Below, piece by piece: positions 11,201-24,497 of a stretch of DNA of 64,000 nt. The stretch is taken from contig VJWM01000103.1 of the NCBI GenBank assembly GCA_010909165.1, positions 248,001 to 312,000 on the forward strand. The letters run 5' to 3'. This DNA is from Anthoceros angustus. Taxonomy: Eukaryota > Plantae > Anthocerotophyta. Below the pieces are notes generated by a model that saw nothing but the letters and a program-made list of their open reading frames with translations, made no database searches and had not been told where the DNA came from. Position 1 is the first letter of the stretch; each line of letters starts with the position of its first letter. Both the position numbers and the translations under genes were made by a program.

Positions 11201-14200
11201 TAATATGCGCTTCCAGAGAGCGTCGCCAAACAGTCATGGAAGTTCTCCAAAATTCTGGCTATACAGCTCAGCTGATTCGGTCCCTGGTTAAGATGTTGGG
11301 GCATAGGGAGGATGGTACACCTACCGACTATGAGGCAAGCACGAACTTGGATGCAGTGAGTGTCTATGAGAAAAAGGGCAATCTGGCAGTGCCAGATAGT
11401 GAGCCTGAAGTCGTGGATGCATTTGAGCATGACCCTGCTGTGACTCTGGGTGCCACTGTGGCACTGTGGATGCTTTGCTTCATAGCCTCTCATGATAGCA
11501 GGAGTAAGAAGGCCATTGAAAAAGCAGGTGCCATTGATGTGCTCACGGAAAAGCTGGCACTCTTTGTACCAAATGCACGGCAGGTAATTGTTGCAGCTTG
11601 TAGTGAAGTCTTTTTAGTGTCTAAAGATCAGAGGCCTGCGCCATTGTTATGTGTGTGACATTCGTGTTCCTGCTTCCTTATGTGTGCAGGCAGAAGTTGA
11701 GGACAATGGAAGCACCTGGGTGAGTGCTTTACTGCTTGCTATCTTATTCCAGGACAGAGACGTGACTCGTGAACCTGCAACATCACGTGCTGTGCCTTCA
11801 CTAACTACTCTGCTCAAGTCTGACGAGGCTATCGACAGATACTTTGCTGCACAGGCTTTGGCCAGTATAGTATGCACTGGAAACCGGGGAAATCTTCTGG
11901 GTGTGGCTAACTCTGGCGCTGCTGGTGGCCTTATATCTCTTCTGGGAAGTGTGGAATCAGACACTCTGGTAGCTCTGTCAGATGAGTTTCAACTTGTGCG
12001 GAACCCAGATCAAGTTGCTCTCGAAAGACTATTTCGAGTGGATGACATCAGACATGGTGCAACTGCTCGAAAGGCAGTGCCTGCACTAGTAGAGCTTCTG
12101 AAACCTATGGCAGAGCGTCCTGGGGCACCCCCTCTTGCACTCGGTCTCTTGACACAGATCGCCAAGGGCAATAATGCTAACAAGCTCGCAATGGCCGAAG
12201 CTGGAGCTCTGGATAAACTGACAAAGTACCTCTCACTTGGACCCCAAGATGCAATTGAGGAGGCTACAGCGGATCTTTTGAGAGTTCTGTTCAGTTGTGC
12301 TGAGCTTAGGAAGCACGATTCTGCAGTTGGAGCTGTAGACCAACTTGTTGCAGTACTAAGACTGGGTACAAGGGGTGCAAGGTACAGTGCTGCTCGGGCA
12401 TTGCAAGGTCTGTTCGCTGCAGAGAACATCAAAGCAGGTGATCCTGCTGGGCAAGCTATTGCACCACTGGTAGAAATGCTCAGTTCTGGGATGGAGAAAG
12501 AGCAACATGCAGCCATAGGAGCACTCATCAAGCTTGCAAGGGATAACCCTCCAAAGGCTTTGGCAGTTGCTGATGCTGAGGCCAATGCCGTGGAGGCTTT
12601 GTGCAGAGTCCTCTCATCTGATTGCTCCCTGGAGCTGAAGGAAGACACTGCTGAGCTGTGCAGCATTTTGTTTTCAAACTCCCGAGTAAGATCAACCCCA
12701 GCTGCTACAAGCTGCATACAACCCCTGGTCTCACTCCTATTCACAGAGTCATCTGCTCAGTATGCTGGTGCTCGAGCACTTGATAATTTGCTGGATGACG
12801 AGCAGCAGGCAGAGGCGGTTGCTGCTAATGGAGCTGTTGTTCCTCTGGTGGCCCTTGTCTTCGGGCAGAACAGCACAATGCATGAAGTGGCTGTGAGTGC
12901 CTTGATAAAGCTGGCAAAGGACAGGCCTCTTTGCAAGCTGGACATGGTGAAAGCAGGACTGATTGAGAATATTCTCAGCATTCTGCCGACCGCGCCTGAT
13001 GCTGTCTGTTTGTTGAGTGCAGAACTGCTCAGGATTCTTACTAACAACAGCAGTATTGCTAAAGGTGCAGCAGCGGGCAAGGTTGTGCAGCCACTCTTCC
13101 TAGCTCTGACTAGACCCGATTTCAGCCCTTCTGGACAGCATAGTGCCATGCAAGTCCTTGTCAACATTCTTGAAAAACCACAGCGGCTGGCAAATCTCCC
13201 TTTGACTCCCACTGAAGCCATTGAGCCACTGGTCCCGTTGTTGGATTCCTCCTCACAACCAGTGCAGCAGCTTGCTGCTGAGCTGTTGTCTTACCTTCTC
13301 CTGCAAGAACAGATTCAAAGGGACGTGACCACCACATTGCTCGTGGAACCACTGGTCAGAATGGTTGGTGCTGGTGTTCCGACTCTGCAGAAGGAGGCGC
13401 TGAAGGCACTGGAAAATGCGTCATACAGCTGGCCGAATGCTGTGGCAGATGCTGGTGGCATAACGGAACTCTCTAAGATCATCTTACAGGGAGACCCTCT
13501 TGCTCCTCAGGCATTATGGGAGGCAGCTGCATTGGTGCTTTCCAATGTTCTCAGATTTAGCTCCCAGTATTATCAGAAGGTTTCTATTCCAGTCCTTGTG
13601 AAACTGCTAAGGTCCACATCAGAAGCTACTGTTGTGGTGGCCCTCAGCGCATTGCTGGTCCTGGAGAGAGATGATGCAACCAGTGCCGAGAATATGGCAG
13701 AGGCTGGTGCTGTGGAAGCCATGCTCGAACTTCTAAGGTGTCATCAATGTGAGGAAGCAGCAGGGCAGCTCCTGGAGGCTTTGTTCAATAATATGAAGGT
13801 CCGAGAGATGAAGTGCGCCAAAGCCGCAATCCTTCCTCTATCCCAGTATTTGCTAGATCCACAGACTCAGCTGCATTCAGCTAGATTACTGGCAGCGCTG
13901 GCATTGGGTGATCTGTTTCAGCAGGATGGGCTGTCACGACACATTGATGCAGTCTCAGCGTGTCGGGCTTTGATAAGCCTCCTAGAGGATCAACCTTCTG
14001 AAGAGATGAAGATGGTGGCACTTTGTGCCCTGCAGAATCTTGTAGTTTACAGTCGGTCAAACAAGCGAGCTGTGGCAGAAGGGGGCGGCATCCAGGTTGT
14101 ACAGGATCTTCTTAGTTCAAGTAATCCAGAGACTGCTGGCCAGGCAGCTACTTTAATCAAGCTGCTATTTGCAAATCACACCATACAGGAGTATGCTTCC

Positions 14201-15333
14201 AGTGAACTTATAACCTCACTAGCTGGTAATGTGGAATCCTGACTACAGCGATTTTCCTGCATGTGCTGAAGGGCCTTTTCCCAATGTTGTCACCATGCAT
14301 TGTATCTCTTGCCTTAGTTCTCGTCTGATGATGGCTTTTGTTGGGTGCAGCATGTCTGGAAAAGGATTTGTGGGCCACTGCATCAGTGACGGAAGATGCT
14401 GTGAAAGCCCTTGTAGTTTTGTTCAATAACTTCCCAAGGCTGAGGGCGACAGAGGCAGCAACTCTGAGTATAGCGCAGCTCGTGGGTTCTCTGAAGAGTG
14501 GTACAGAAACAGCGCAAGAGGCATCGTTGGATGCCCTGTACCTACTCAGACATGCATGGTCGAGCAGTCCAGCAGAGATTGGTAAAGCTCAAGCAATGGC
14601 TGCAGCCGAGGCCATTCCGCTGCTGCAGGCACTCATGAAATCAGGTCCTGAGCGGTTTCGAGAAAAAGCAGATAGCTTGCTGCAGTGTCTGCCTGGAAGC
14701 CTTGTTGTGACGATAAAGCGGGGTGTGGATCTGAAGCAGTCAATGGGAAACACCAATGCGTATTGCAAACTTACTCTAGGCAGTGGTCCACCTCGACAAA
14801 CCAAGGTATGTATTGTATGGGGTTCAGTATCAGTATCTTTCCAGAGATCCAGTCTCTGAAGTAATCATCTCTCTTCAGAATGGTGGTCTTAGTAATGCTC
14901 GAGATGTGGAATACTGCGGTTTAGCCAACATTGAACCTGGATGGTGAATAATGGTGTCAAAACTTCTACAGGTGGTCTCACATACTACCTCGCCAGAGTG
15001 GAAGCAAGGATTCGCTTGGGCGTTTGATACTCCTCCGAAAGGCCAAAAGCTGAATATATCCTGCAAAAGCAAGGGCGCCTTCGGGAAGGTGAGATCAAAC
15101 TAGAGCAAGGTGAAGTGTGTGCTGCAGAAGTTTGTGATTTTGATGACGATTCTCACAACCCACATCACCTTTGGCTATTGCATTTGCAGGGGTCGTTGGG
15201 CAGGGTCACCATCCAGATTGATCGAGTTGTGATGCTGGGAAACATCAGTGGAGCATATCCCCTGGTGCCTGACAAAAACAGGGATGGCACACCACGGATG
15301 TTGGAAGTTGAAATCCAGTGGTCTAACCGATGA
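8289..15333 (+). CDS. CSI1: CELLULOSE SYNTHASE INTERACTIVE 1/POM2-family protein (ARM repeats + C-terminal C2 domain), multi-exon
   Basis: [17 protein letters not shown] start motif, [32 protein letters not shown], many ARM repeats, and a C2 domain ([38 protein letters not shown]...[12 protein letters not shown]...[10 protein letters not shown]). Short first coding exon 8289-8395 (EPRTPRS). Large exons at ~8504-11583 and ~11690-14225. The exact start is uncertain. Confidence 0.95.
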
Positions 15334-18300
15334 TGGGATTGTGAGGTACTCCAGACGGTATTTGAACTTCGTGTAGCCTAGTTACGAGCTAACCCATTCC
15401 TTACAAAAACACATTATTTTGGGATCCGGGATCCGGACATAACGTCACGGAGCAGCCTGAAGTGCAGACTTGCCTGAGTTAGGGACCCGTTAGGGAATAG
15501 TGTAAATTCGCACCGGTCGGCTGTAGCCAACCTTATGAAGACCATGGCTCTTTTGAAACTGTTAGTTAGCCCTGGTTTGTCTTTACGGGCAGGGCAGCCT
15601 CTTCTGCAACAAGTTCTTTCACCTTTCCACTGCTGATGCGGGGCTGACTCCCGAGCAATGTGAGATCATGTGGGTCATTTCCTGGTGAAATGAGGACAAG
15701 GTGCAGGATGGAGACACATAACATACTTCACAGGTGCAGGCGCAGGTCCAGGTGCAGTTGTAGGACTTATGCAGATTCTCAGGATACTTATTAAAGAGTA
15801 CCTACGCAATGTGTGCTAGGAATTAGTACTTGCTGCAGCTGCCACGGAGACGATCGTTGTCCTTCGGAAAAGTGCACCTTTATAAGTAGGTAATGTGCAT
15901 CTTTTTAAGTGAAGTGCGTCCTATCGATCTGAATACGTACCTACGTACGTACTTTTTCATGGCAGGAACTAGCCAGAATGCTGCCCCCGTGCTGCTGCTG
16001 CTGGCTCCTGACTCAGTCAGTGGCATAGAAGCGAATTCCGAGCCCTACCCACCAGCAGAGGAGCACTTTGATCACTATTGACACTCAAGGAATAATTTGC
16101 AGTCGGCTGCCAGAAAAACGCATTTCGTGAACAGGTGGGCACGTTTCTCCACTCCCGGCTATGCCACACTCACCTCAGTCGCGATGGGAGTGTCACATTC
16201 CGCTACTACACGCAACACAAATCCATTGCTTGCCCGCTGTTTGCCCCCAGACGAGCACGATTCACGCAGCATTTCAAGAAGTTGGCACACGTTTCACAGG
16301 GTCACAAACCCCGCGCACAAGCTACACCGTTGGCCGGTGGACTCTTGAACGTGCTGTTTCAGAATCCGGAGGAAAAGCACTAGACTAGCTAGGAAGACAC
16401 TGGAAGGATGGCTCCGACCAAGACGGGATTCCCTGTCCGCAGCGGGGATTTTCCAAGCAGAAGATACAGAAAGCCACGGCGGATGCGGACTCGAGATGCG
16501 TGTGTGGCTGTACAGCCAACACCACCTGGGAGCGGGTGTGTTGCACCTGTGGCCCGACAGCTACAACATTCGCTTTGACATAGCCGCTGCAATGGTCTGC
16601 CTCCACGGGACGGGGACAAATGTACTTGACCTGTAAAACTAGGGAGCAACATCGTGCGCTCCATCCATTGCCATCGCCAGCTGGGCGACTCGGGCAACCA
16701 CAAGCCCGTATTTGCAACTTTCATCATCTTCTGCAACGGCCACGTGTCCCTTCTGCTGCAGCTACAGGTCGGAGCTCCGAGCTGGTGTGGAGATGGCCAA
16801 CTCTCTCATTATTAGCCATGCCAGTCCCGGCCCGCTGTTATGGCATAACAACGCACATGATTGATGGCGGATTCTCCTGTCCATCTTCTCCCATTGCAGC
16901 TCGGCCACCTGTTTCACGCACAGGCTCCATCTCCGAGGCTGCTGTAACGGGTCCGGCCCTGGGGGCCACGCGGCCTCTCACTCTGCCTCCCACCCCATTG
17001 ACTGGACCACCAGCCAGTAATGAGGCAGCTTAAATGAGCGAGCCTGATTATCAGGAACTTCGACTTTGCCCCAAAGGCCGCTCACTTTTCACTCCCTTAC
17101 ACACTGTGAAGTAGAAAATTTTCAACGGTTCACCTTCCAGACCTGCGTTTCTAGGGGCAAAGGAACCCATAGGTCAAGTCTGCACATGAGACAGCATCCA
17201 TGTGAGCTGTTGCTGCTGCCTCCTGCAGAACTGGGGTTGGAGATTACCTATTCTGTATTTGATATGTGTGTGCGCCCCAGGAAAGAGGACGGGAACTTGA
17301 AAGTAGCACGGAATCAAGTTGATGACAGGAGACGCGAGCACAGCTGTCGCCAGTTGCATGAGAGATGAATCGATTTGCATATCCAAGCTATATGTAGTGT
17401 GCCAGTGACAGTGCCACAGCCAGTGCCAGAGTCACAACCAGTGCCGCTGCCAGTGCCAGTGACGTCGACGAGACACTGCAGAATAAGTAGCCCTGGCCGA
17501 TGGATGCTTGGGCCACCAATTGTAAAGTGTAGGCATTCACATACCCACACATGCTCTCTTCGAATAGGGATTGAGGCCCGAATGTCAAGGACTCCAGTGC
17601 CCACCGCCCAGGCACTTTGAACTTTGCGCGGCCCTTGTACTCTCACTACGCACCCTCTTCTGGATCTCTCCTCGTTCCTCGTTCGGGAACCGTGCGAGGA
17701 ACTACGCTGAACCATGACCATTCAGTAAAAAGAAATGACTTTTCTGCAGAACCCAATACCCAATTCCCACCAAGCCAACATCCCGAAATCAGCAGCTTGC
17801 AAATCAGTGGCCCAGCCAAAACAATTCTCACCCACTGCATCAACCTCACCTTCTGCAGAATCGCCATCCTGATCTCCTCCCCAAAATCCCTCGCGGCAGC
17901 CCACTCGAGGCACGGTGGTGGAGACGCCATGCGATCCTGGGCCAACAATGACGCGCTTCGCCGCGCAATTTCAACTCCCGGTTCACCAGTCCTGCTTCCG
18001 GAAATCAGAGCCCGTGCCTCATCACCACCTCAATCATAGCGAGGCCTGTCCGCTGTCAATGCATTGCTGGAATTCCTTCGTCACCGTTACGTTAGCACGA
18101 TCGAATCGAGGACGGTCCTCTGCTGCACGTTCACAAAACGGGAGCCCTCCGACTGTCCTCCAGGATGGACTTCACCATTCTGGACAGCTCCTCTGCCCTC
18201 ACAGATTGGAACTGCTGGACCCGCTTCGCACTCAGCAGCTCGGAATTTGCAACCCTCCTGCCTTCCAATCAATCATCCAGCCAAAGCAAGCACATGTATG

Positions 18301-20278
18301 GGCTGGAGCAGGTGATCAAAGTGGAGAATTCAAGTGCCACTGCTACTGGCTGCGTGGATTCAATTCAACGATATGGACCAACTCCAGAGCGTATAGATTC
18401 GGTCCCATTGTTGGGTCGTCGTGAGCTTGTCAGCTTTTTACCTGTTGCTGTAGCGAGCTCGGTGCTGGGTGCTGGGTGCTGGGTGCTGGGTGCTCGGTGC
18501 TGTGAGCTTGCTGCACAGAGCTCGTCGCCATTGCATTGAAGTATTCCCGTTGAATAATTTCCGCTGTTCCGTTATCGCTCTATGATGTGGCATGTCGAAC
18601 GGCTCATGTGTCAACCCCAAGTCCTAACCTCGGTTTGGAACTGAACTGGTGACGGTACGTCAAACCGCGAGTCCGGTGATGCCCTTATAGAACGTTTGGC
18701 AGCCTTCTGGCTTTGTCATCCTGTGACTAACAGGGTATCAATCATTTCCGGGTATGCATGTAGCAGGCTTTGGAAATAACGGAACGGATTTCTGAGAATA
18801 GCGGGAAGTAATGTAGTAATTTTGGAATAATAGCAGGCTAAGGAATTGATTATTGATAATAGTGTATTAGCTGGCTGAATGCACGGATGTCAGGTGGCAT
18901 CCTCATATGGACCGATATGGATGATGAGTGAGCACAAAAGTAGTGACGAAACTAAGAAAGACTTGTTTGGTGGGCGTCCTCCGCAAGACCGCAAGATTAG
19001 CCATTTTTGGAGACTAGTAGTGTACGTGCTGGCTGGGATAATTAGGATGTCCTGAGACTACAAATAAGAATTCCGTTGAGAGCCAACGGACCACTCTCGG
19101 CCTTACAATGCATCTCTAACTTTGATGGCGCTTAAGCAAGAAGAGCTAAATGCAGAAATTAAATGGGCTCAATATGAGGTAACAAGTGAACTTTGTACTA
19201 GTGTGTGCATGAACTTAGCCTGGCTGTCTATCATCCATCCCTCCTCCACTGCTTGGTCTATAATGAGGTTTTCTCTTTCTTCTTTTGCTCCAACCAAACT
19301 TCTTCCGTGTTAGTAGTTTTTAAGGCAAGGTGGCCAAGTCTCCTGTCCCACCTTCATAGTTCATATAATTGCCCTTACCACGTGAGGATTAAGAGAGATA
19401 TATGGTCAACTCCTCAACTACCTAGTCTCATATAACCCATCCACCATGTTCATTTTGGACAAGGATGTGGAATCAAAGGAGTATTTTCTTTTATTCAATC
19501 TATGTACATGTAAGGATATCATTAACTTTTCTTCTTCTATCCATCTATCTCAATACTTTTTATCAGATAATAATTTATATATGTTGATAATAACTAGCAG
19601 GTCCGCAAAAGAGGGATGGTGATAGTACACAAAGGAGGTTGTGTGTGCAATTGACTTCCATGAGCAGTTCTCTCATGACACACACTACTCCAGCATGATG
19701 GTATCGGGACAGGAATGTGTTTCCAGAACTTTCCACGCTACGGTAGATGGCACGGTACCGTCCGACTCCACTCTGATAGATGTCGTCCGGCCATGTTGGA
19801 CGCAACACGGCCATATCCGTTTGCTGCAGGCGCAGGTCCCGGCGGGTACTGCCACTGGTAGTGATGCAAGGGTGAGGGCCCGGGACAAGAGATGGTGATC
19901 CCTTTTCTATCTTTTTTGAGGTGGCATTTAAAGACGAGAAATGGTCGTGGGTCGCGGCTGGCGAAGAGTCCCAACAGCCTGCTGACAGCGTCGTAGAGCT
20001 GCCCCATCTGCCACGCTGAAGGATGCGGAGTGTACAACAGCTGCTGCTAGCATAGAAGACGTGATACTGGCCTGCCCTTGCCCAACAGTAGTGCGCAAAC
20101 TCTGCGAATGGCACCGCACCGCATCGCATCGCATCGCATTGCACTCCACTGCATTCCATTGCATTGCAAACGTAAACAGAGGAGGAGGCTGCTGCAGTGA
20201 GACATGAAGGGAGAAAGCCGGGGCGAAACGGAAGGAATGGACAAGTTTACAGTTGGCAATGCTGGGCAAGCACATGAA

Positions 20279-21243
20279 TCACCCGAATCCAAGACGAAGA
20301 GACAAATCCAGGTTAGGAGGGGCCGAGTCCGGCGGCCGGCTATCAGGTGGAACAGGTCCAATCGCGGACCAGCTATGGTGCAAATCATGCGACTCAGATT
20401 GCAGAGACGGAGCATATCTAAACGTCCGCCCATAGTGGCCATCAAACCTAGAAGCGGCCGGTCCCCCCCATTCCGAGGCCGCAGTCGCACCGGAGCCGGA
20501 GCCGGAACCTCCCCCGTGAGCAGCGCTCCAAAACCCTTGCTGCTGCTCTGAGGGAAGGTAGTGCGAAAACGCGCTACCTGTGCCCGACAGAGCCCCGAGC
20601 CGAGCTCTCCCGCCGGGCCCGAGCCCAAGCCCGAGCCCGAGCCCGCGCTCTCCTCCTCCGCTCCCGCCTGCTCCTCCTCCTCCTCCTCCTCCTCCTCCTC
20701 CTGCTGCTGCTAGGAAAGAACCCCCGGACTCGGACACGGACACGGACACGAAGTCGGAAGCCATGGCCGAAGAGGGAGCCAGCCGCGGCTGCGCCACCAC
20801 AGTAGCAAACCTCTGCGCCCGCCGGGCCGCCGTGCGCTCCCGCTTGTGCGCATTCTGGTGCCCTCCCAGCGCCTGCGAGCTGTGGAACTTCCGCTGGCAG
20901 AAATTGCAGGCGAACTGCCTTGTCCCGGGGGCCGGACCCGGCGCTGTCGGGGACGCGCCCGGGCTGGAGGCCGGCGCGGCGGAGGACGCTCCGGCCACGG
21001 CAGCCGCGCGGCCTCCATCCCAGGGCGCATCCACCACCAAGCTGGAGGCGGAGTCCCCGTCCCCCCCATCCTCCTGCGATGCCTGCGACCGGGTGGGGCT
21101 GAGGCTGGGGCTTGGGCTATGAGACACACATCTCCCGCTGCTGCTGATGCAATCAAGATCTGTCGGGGCTGCCAGTGTCGCGGCTGGCGATGGCGGATGC
21201 CAACGCTTGCTTTTGCGCTTCACCTCCTCCTCGGCGCGCGCAT
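20279..21243 (-). CDS. Single-finger C2H2 (QALGGH) zinc-finger protein with C-terminal EAR motif (ZFP/GIS/SUP-like repressor)
   Basis: [27 protein letters not shown] finger, Gly-rich linker and terminal [11 protein letters not shown] motif. No in-frame ATG lies upstream of the finger; the nearest ATG (21243) is out of frame (see findings). Confidence 0.85.
20672..20710. repeat. (CCT)n microsatellite encoding the poly-Gly tract of the C2H2 protein
   Basis: ctcctcctcctcctcctcctcctcctcctcctgctgctgc is read directly from the sequence. Confidence 0.9.
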
Positions 21244-21275
<32 letters not shown>

Positions 21276-22215
21276 ACTCACCGATCCTGCTACGCTCGCT
21301 GATGATGAGCGGGAGCTCCTCACCGCGACGCTCCGATGCGGAGCGCGAAGGAAACGAACAAACAGCGCTGCGGAGCTTCCCGCGCGGATGCGACGCAGGG
21401 CAAGGGCGAAGCGAGACGCGGCAGAGAAACGCGACCAAGGCAGGGCTAGCCAATACTGGCTCGCAGACGGGGGAATGGAAGAAGGCAAGAGTGCGTGGTC
21501 GGGCGGAGGTGAGTGGAGGTGGAGTGGAGTGCAGAGCGCGCGAAAGTGTGTGGAAGGCGAGAGAGAGAGAAGGCAGCAGCAAGTGGTTGCCAATGCTCTC
21601 ATGTTTGTGAAGGCAGCCCAAGCCAGCAATGATTGCGGCGTCATGGACTGGACGGGACTCGGCACTCCGCACTGAGAATGACAATGACTGGACTCTCCAA
21701 GCCCCACAGTCCCACCCCAAGTGATGTCCCGACACATCCAGACATCATCATCATCCCCATTCAGATGTGTACATGTGTATGTGTGCTCGGGCGACGCCTT
21801 CTGGGTACTGCGGAGACCCCGGTGCCCGGTGCCCGGTGCCCCGTGCCCGTTCCCGTTCCCGGTTCCCAGTTCCCGGTTCCCGGTTCCCGGTTCCAGGGCT
21901 CGGTTGCCTGTCGCGGGAACGTGAAGCCACTCAGCTCAAGGTGGGGCCGGTACCACGCGCCCGATGGCCATGACATGCGCTGGCGGAGGTTGACTAGCCC
22001 TGTCCCACCACCCGACTTCCTTAGATTCACTGCCAGGCCCCTGCTCCTGCTCCTGCTCCTCCTCCTCCTCCTGCCCCCACCCCATGTATGCATGTATGTA
22101 CTACAACTGTACAGCATCCGCCCTTTTCACAGATTCCTCGACTTCCAACATCTATCCTTCCAAGTTCCGCTCCGTCTAATTGGCCTCCCGCCGCAAGCGC
22201 CGTCTATTATTTGCC

Positions 22216-23947
22216 ATGGATCAGCGCAGGAGCTTCACGCGCGCCTCGCCCTCGCCTTCGCCCTCGCCCACATCCGCCCGCGCCTCCCACCTGGCCGCGC
22301 CTGGAGCCAAGCCCGGCCCGCACGCCACCGCGCTCCTCTCATCCGGCATTCTGGATCTGGACAATATCCTTTCTTCCATCTTCGCTCTTGCATGCTGCTT
22401 TCTGTGCTCCCTGCTGCAGGGTTTAGGGTTTTGGGTTCTGTATTGTGGGACTTGACTGTGGCGGAGGACACACATCCTGGGGGGCGGGGTTCCGGTCGGG
22501 GGAATTGTGCTGATCGCGGAGGATCTGGAGGGCCCGCACCACTTGCTGCTGCTGCGCTACTTCCTCGCGCAGGGGCTGGTGCATCGCCAGCCTCTCCTCT
22601 TCGCCAGCCCGCTGCCCTCGCCCAAGGCGTTTCTCGGGACGCTGCCGGGTCTGGCCAAGGAAGCTGGCGGGAGCTCGCTCCAGGTGAGGCACGACGGGGC
22701 TGTGTTGTGTGGTTTGTGGTGATGGTTTCCGGGGGATCGGGGTCTGACGGCTCGTGGCTGCTGGCAGGAGGATAAGTTGAGGATAGCATGGCAGTACAGC
22801 AAGTATTTGGAGGCGGACAAGGCGCTGGTGGAGAGGAGGCAGCAGCAGCAGGCGCTGGCGTCCCGCTCCGTGGTGCTGGAGGATTCGCAACTTGCTGCCG
22901 GCCCCGGAGGGGGAGGAGGGGTTTCTCATGATTACTGCACCTCCTTTGACCTGAGGAAGCCCATGCAGCGGACGATGCTGAGTGCAACCAGAGTGGAGTA
23001 CTGCAGCTTGCAGAGTGGTGCCCACCTTTCCGTTCTCATGGATCAGTGCTCCGCTTTTCTCCACAGCTTGTCCAGGTGTGCTCGGCTAGCCTGCTCTTTC
23101 TCCTGCTGCTAGAGCTGCCGGGTTGATTCGTCCTTGTTGGTCTGCTGGTGTGGTGATCAGACCTGCGTCGGGGTTGCAACAATTAGGGCGGATTGCTCTG
23201 CACTCGCTTTGCGCTCCGGAGTCCATGCAACGGTGTACGGTTAGGGTTCATGATCTCTCGGTCGTCGTCTTTGTGGCAAGCCATCATCGGAGGCCCATCA
23301 CCAATTCCTGCCTTGATGAGATTTTGGGGTTTTGCAGGACTGGGAACTGCTAGCTTTCCTGGCTGATCTCAAGGCCATGCTCCGGGCAAGTAATGCAGCT
23401 GCTGTCGTCTCCTTCCCTGCCGCACTCTTGAAGCCTTCATTTCTGATGAGGTGGCAGCATCTTTCAGATATCCTCCTTTCCGTAGAAGCTTGTCCAGGTT
23501 TGGTACTTGTTCAACCCTTGCGTTAGGTGAGGGCTCTAGCCCTAGGCTTGCTCCATCTGGGGACTTAGCTTCCTGTGGCCCACGTTTTTACAGATGACAG
23601 CAAGGAGCTTGCATCATTGCTCACCGGTTACCAGGACATCGTTGGTTTCCTCAGGGTGCACAAGCTTGCCACCATAAACACTCAAGTAGGTCATTGCGTT
23701 TTTCCTCATGGTCCAAGCAGCAGCAACAGTGGTAACAACTTCAACGTCTAAGACCGCACTCTTGCAGGTACCTCATATCCCTGAAACGGCGACGTATGCA
23801 ATTAAGGTGCCTCGGAGGAAGGCACTTGAACTGGAGCGGCTGCAACAAGCTCCTGTTGGTGCTACTGGAGGTGCATCTGCATCCGGCAGTATTGCGAGCA
23901 TGCTTTGTGGAGGGCCACCGAATGCTACAGGACACCTCGACTTTTAA
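22216..23947 (+). CDS. ELP4: Elongator complex protein 4 (PAXNEB family), multi-exon
   Basis: SSGILDLDN|[46 protein letters not shown]...[53 protein letters not shown]|VP...LERLQQAPV...LDF*. Confidence 0.9.
22364..22471 (+). other. U12-type (minor spliceosome) AT-AC intron, first intron of ELP4
   Basis: 5' site ATATCCTTT at 22364, branch-point-like CTTGAC at 22451-22456, and 3' end ...GGACAC. Removing it restores the frame and the conserved LDLD(N)ILGGG motif. Confidence 0.85.
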
Positions 23948-24497
23948 AACTGCAGACCTAATTTGAGCTTGGGTTCAAACTTCAAAGTACAGATATTCCT
24001 CTGTAGATGTATATAAAGTGGGGTGACATTAGCCGCAAGCTGCGAAGTGCGGCCATCATTATGTCCCTTTTGGAGTACATAATGGGGTTGGAGAATCATG
24101 ATGAAAAAGGCCCAATTCCTCCGGATCTACCTCGGTAGAGGTAACAAGTGTCCTTGCTGGGCCACAGCTCGAAGGTTGACCCACCTTTCAGTGGCCACAT
24201 GTCCCTCACGGGCCGCATGAGGTACTGGTGAAACTCAGTCTGGCGGTCGTCAAGATCGAGGGTTTGCCTTGGCTGCATCAAAATTCCTTCTGGTAGTTTG
24301 CAGAGTGAGGAATTTACAATTTGGTTTTGTAAAAGCGAATGTGGGAGGTAATGCAGGATGCTGCCCTTTATTCCATGCTATAAACAGACCCATCACATTG
24401 AATGGTTAGAACGTATACTTTCTACAAACTTCAGACTGTCTACCATCTACAGGCTAGTCTACTCTGTTGGTGAGTTTCCACTATCTTTTTGTCCTGT

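Noticed and set aside
20580-22775. Long GC-rich ORFs (e.g. 20846-21610, 21633-22775, 22235-22987)
   Set aside because: Shadow frames of the C2H2 and ELP4 genes and of simple repeats; low complexity, no motifs.
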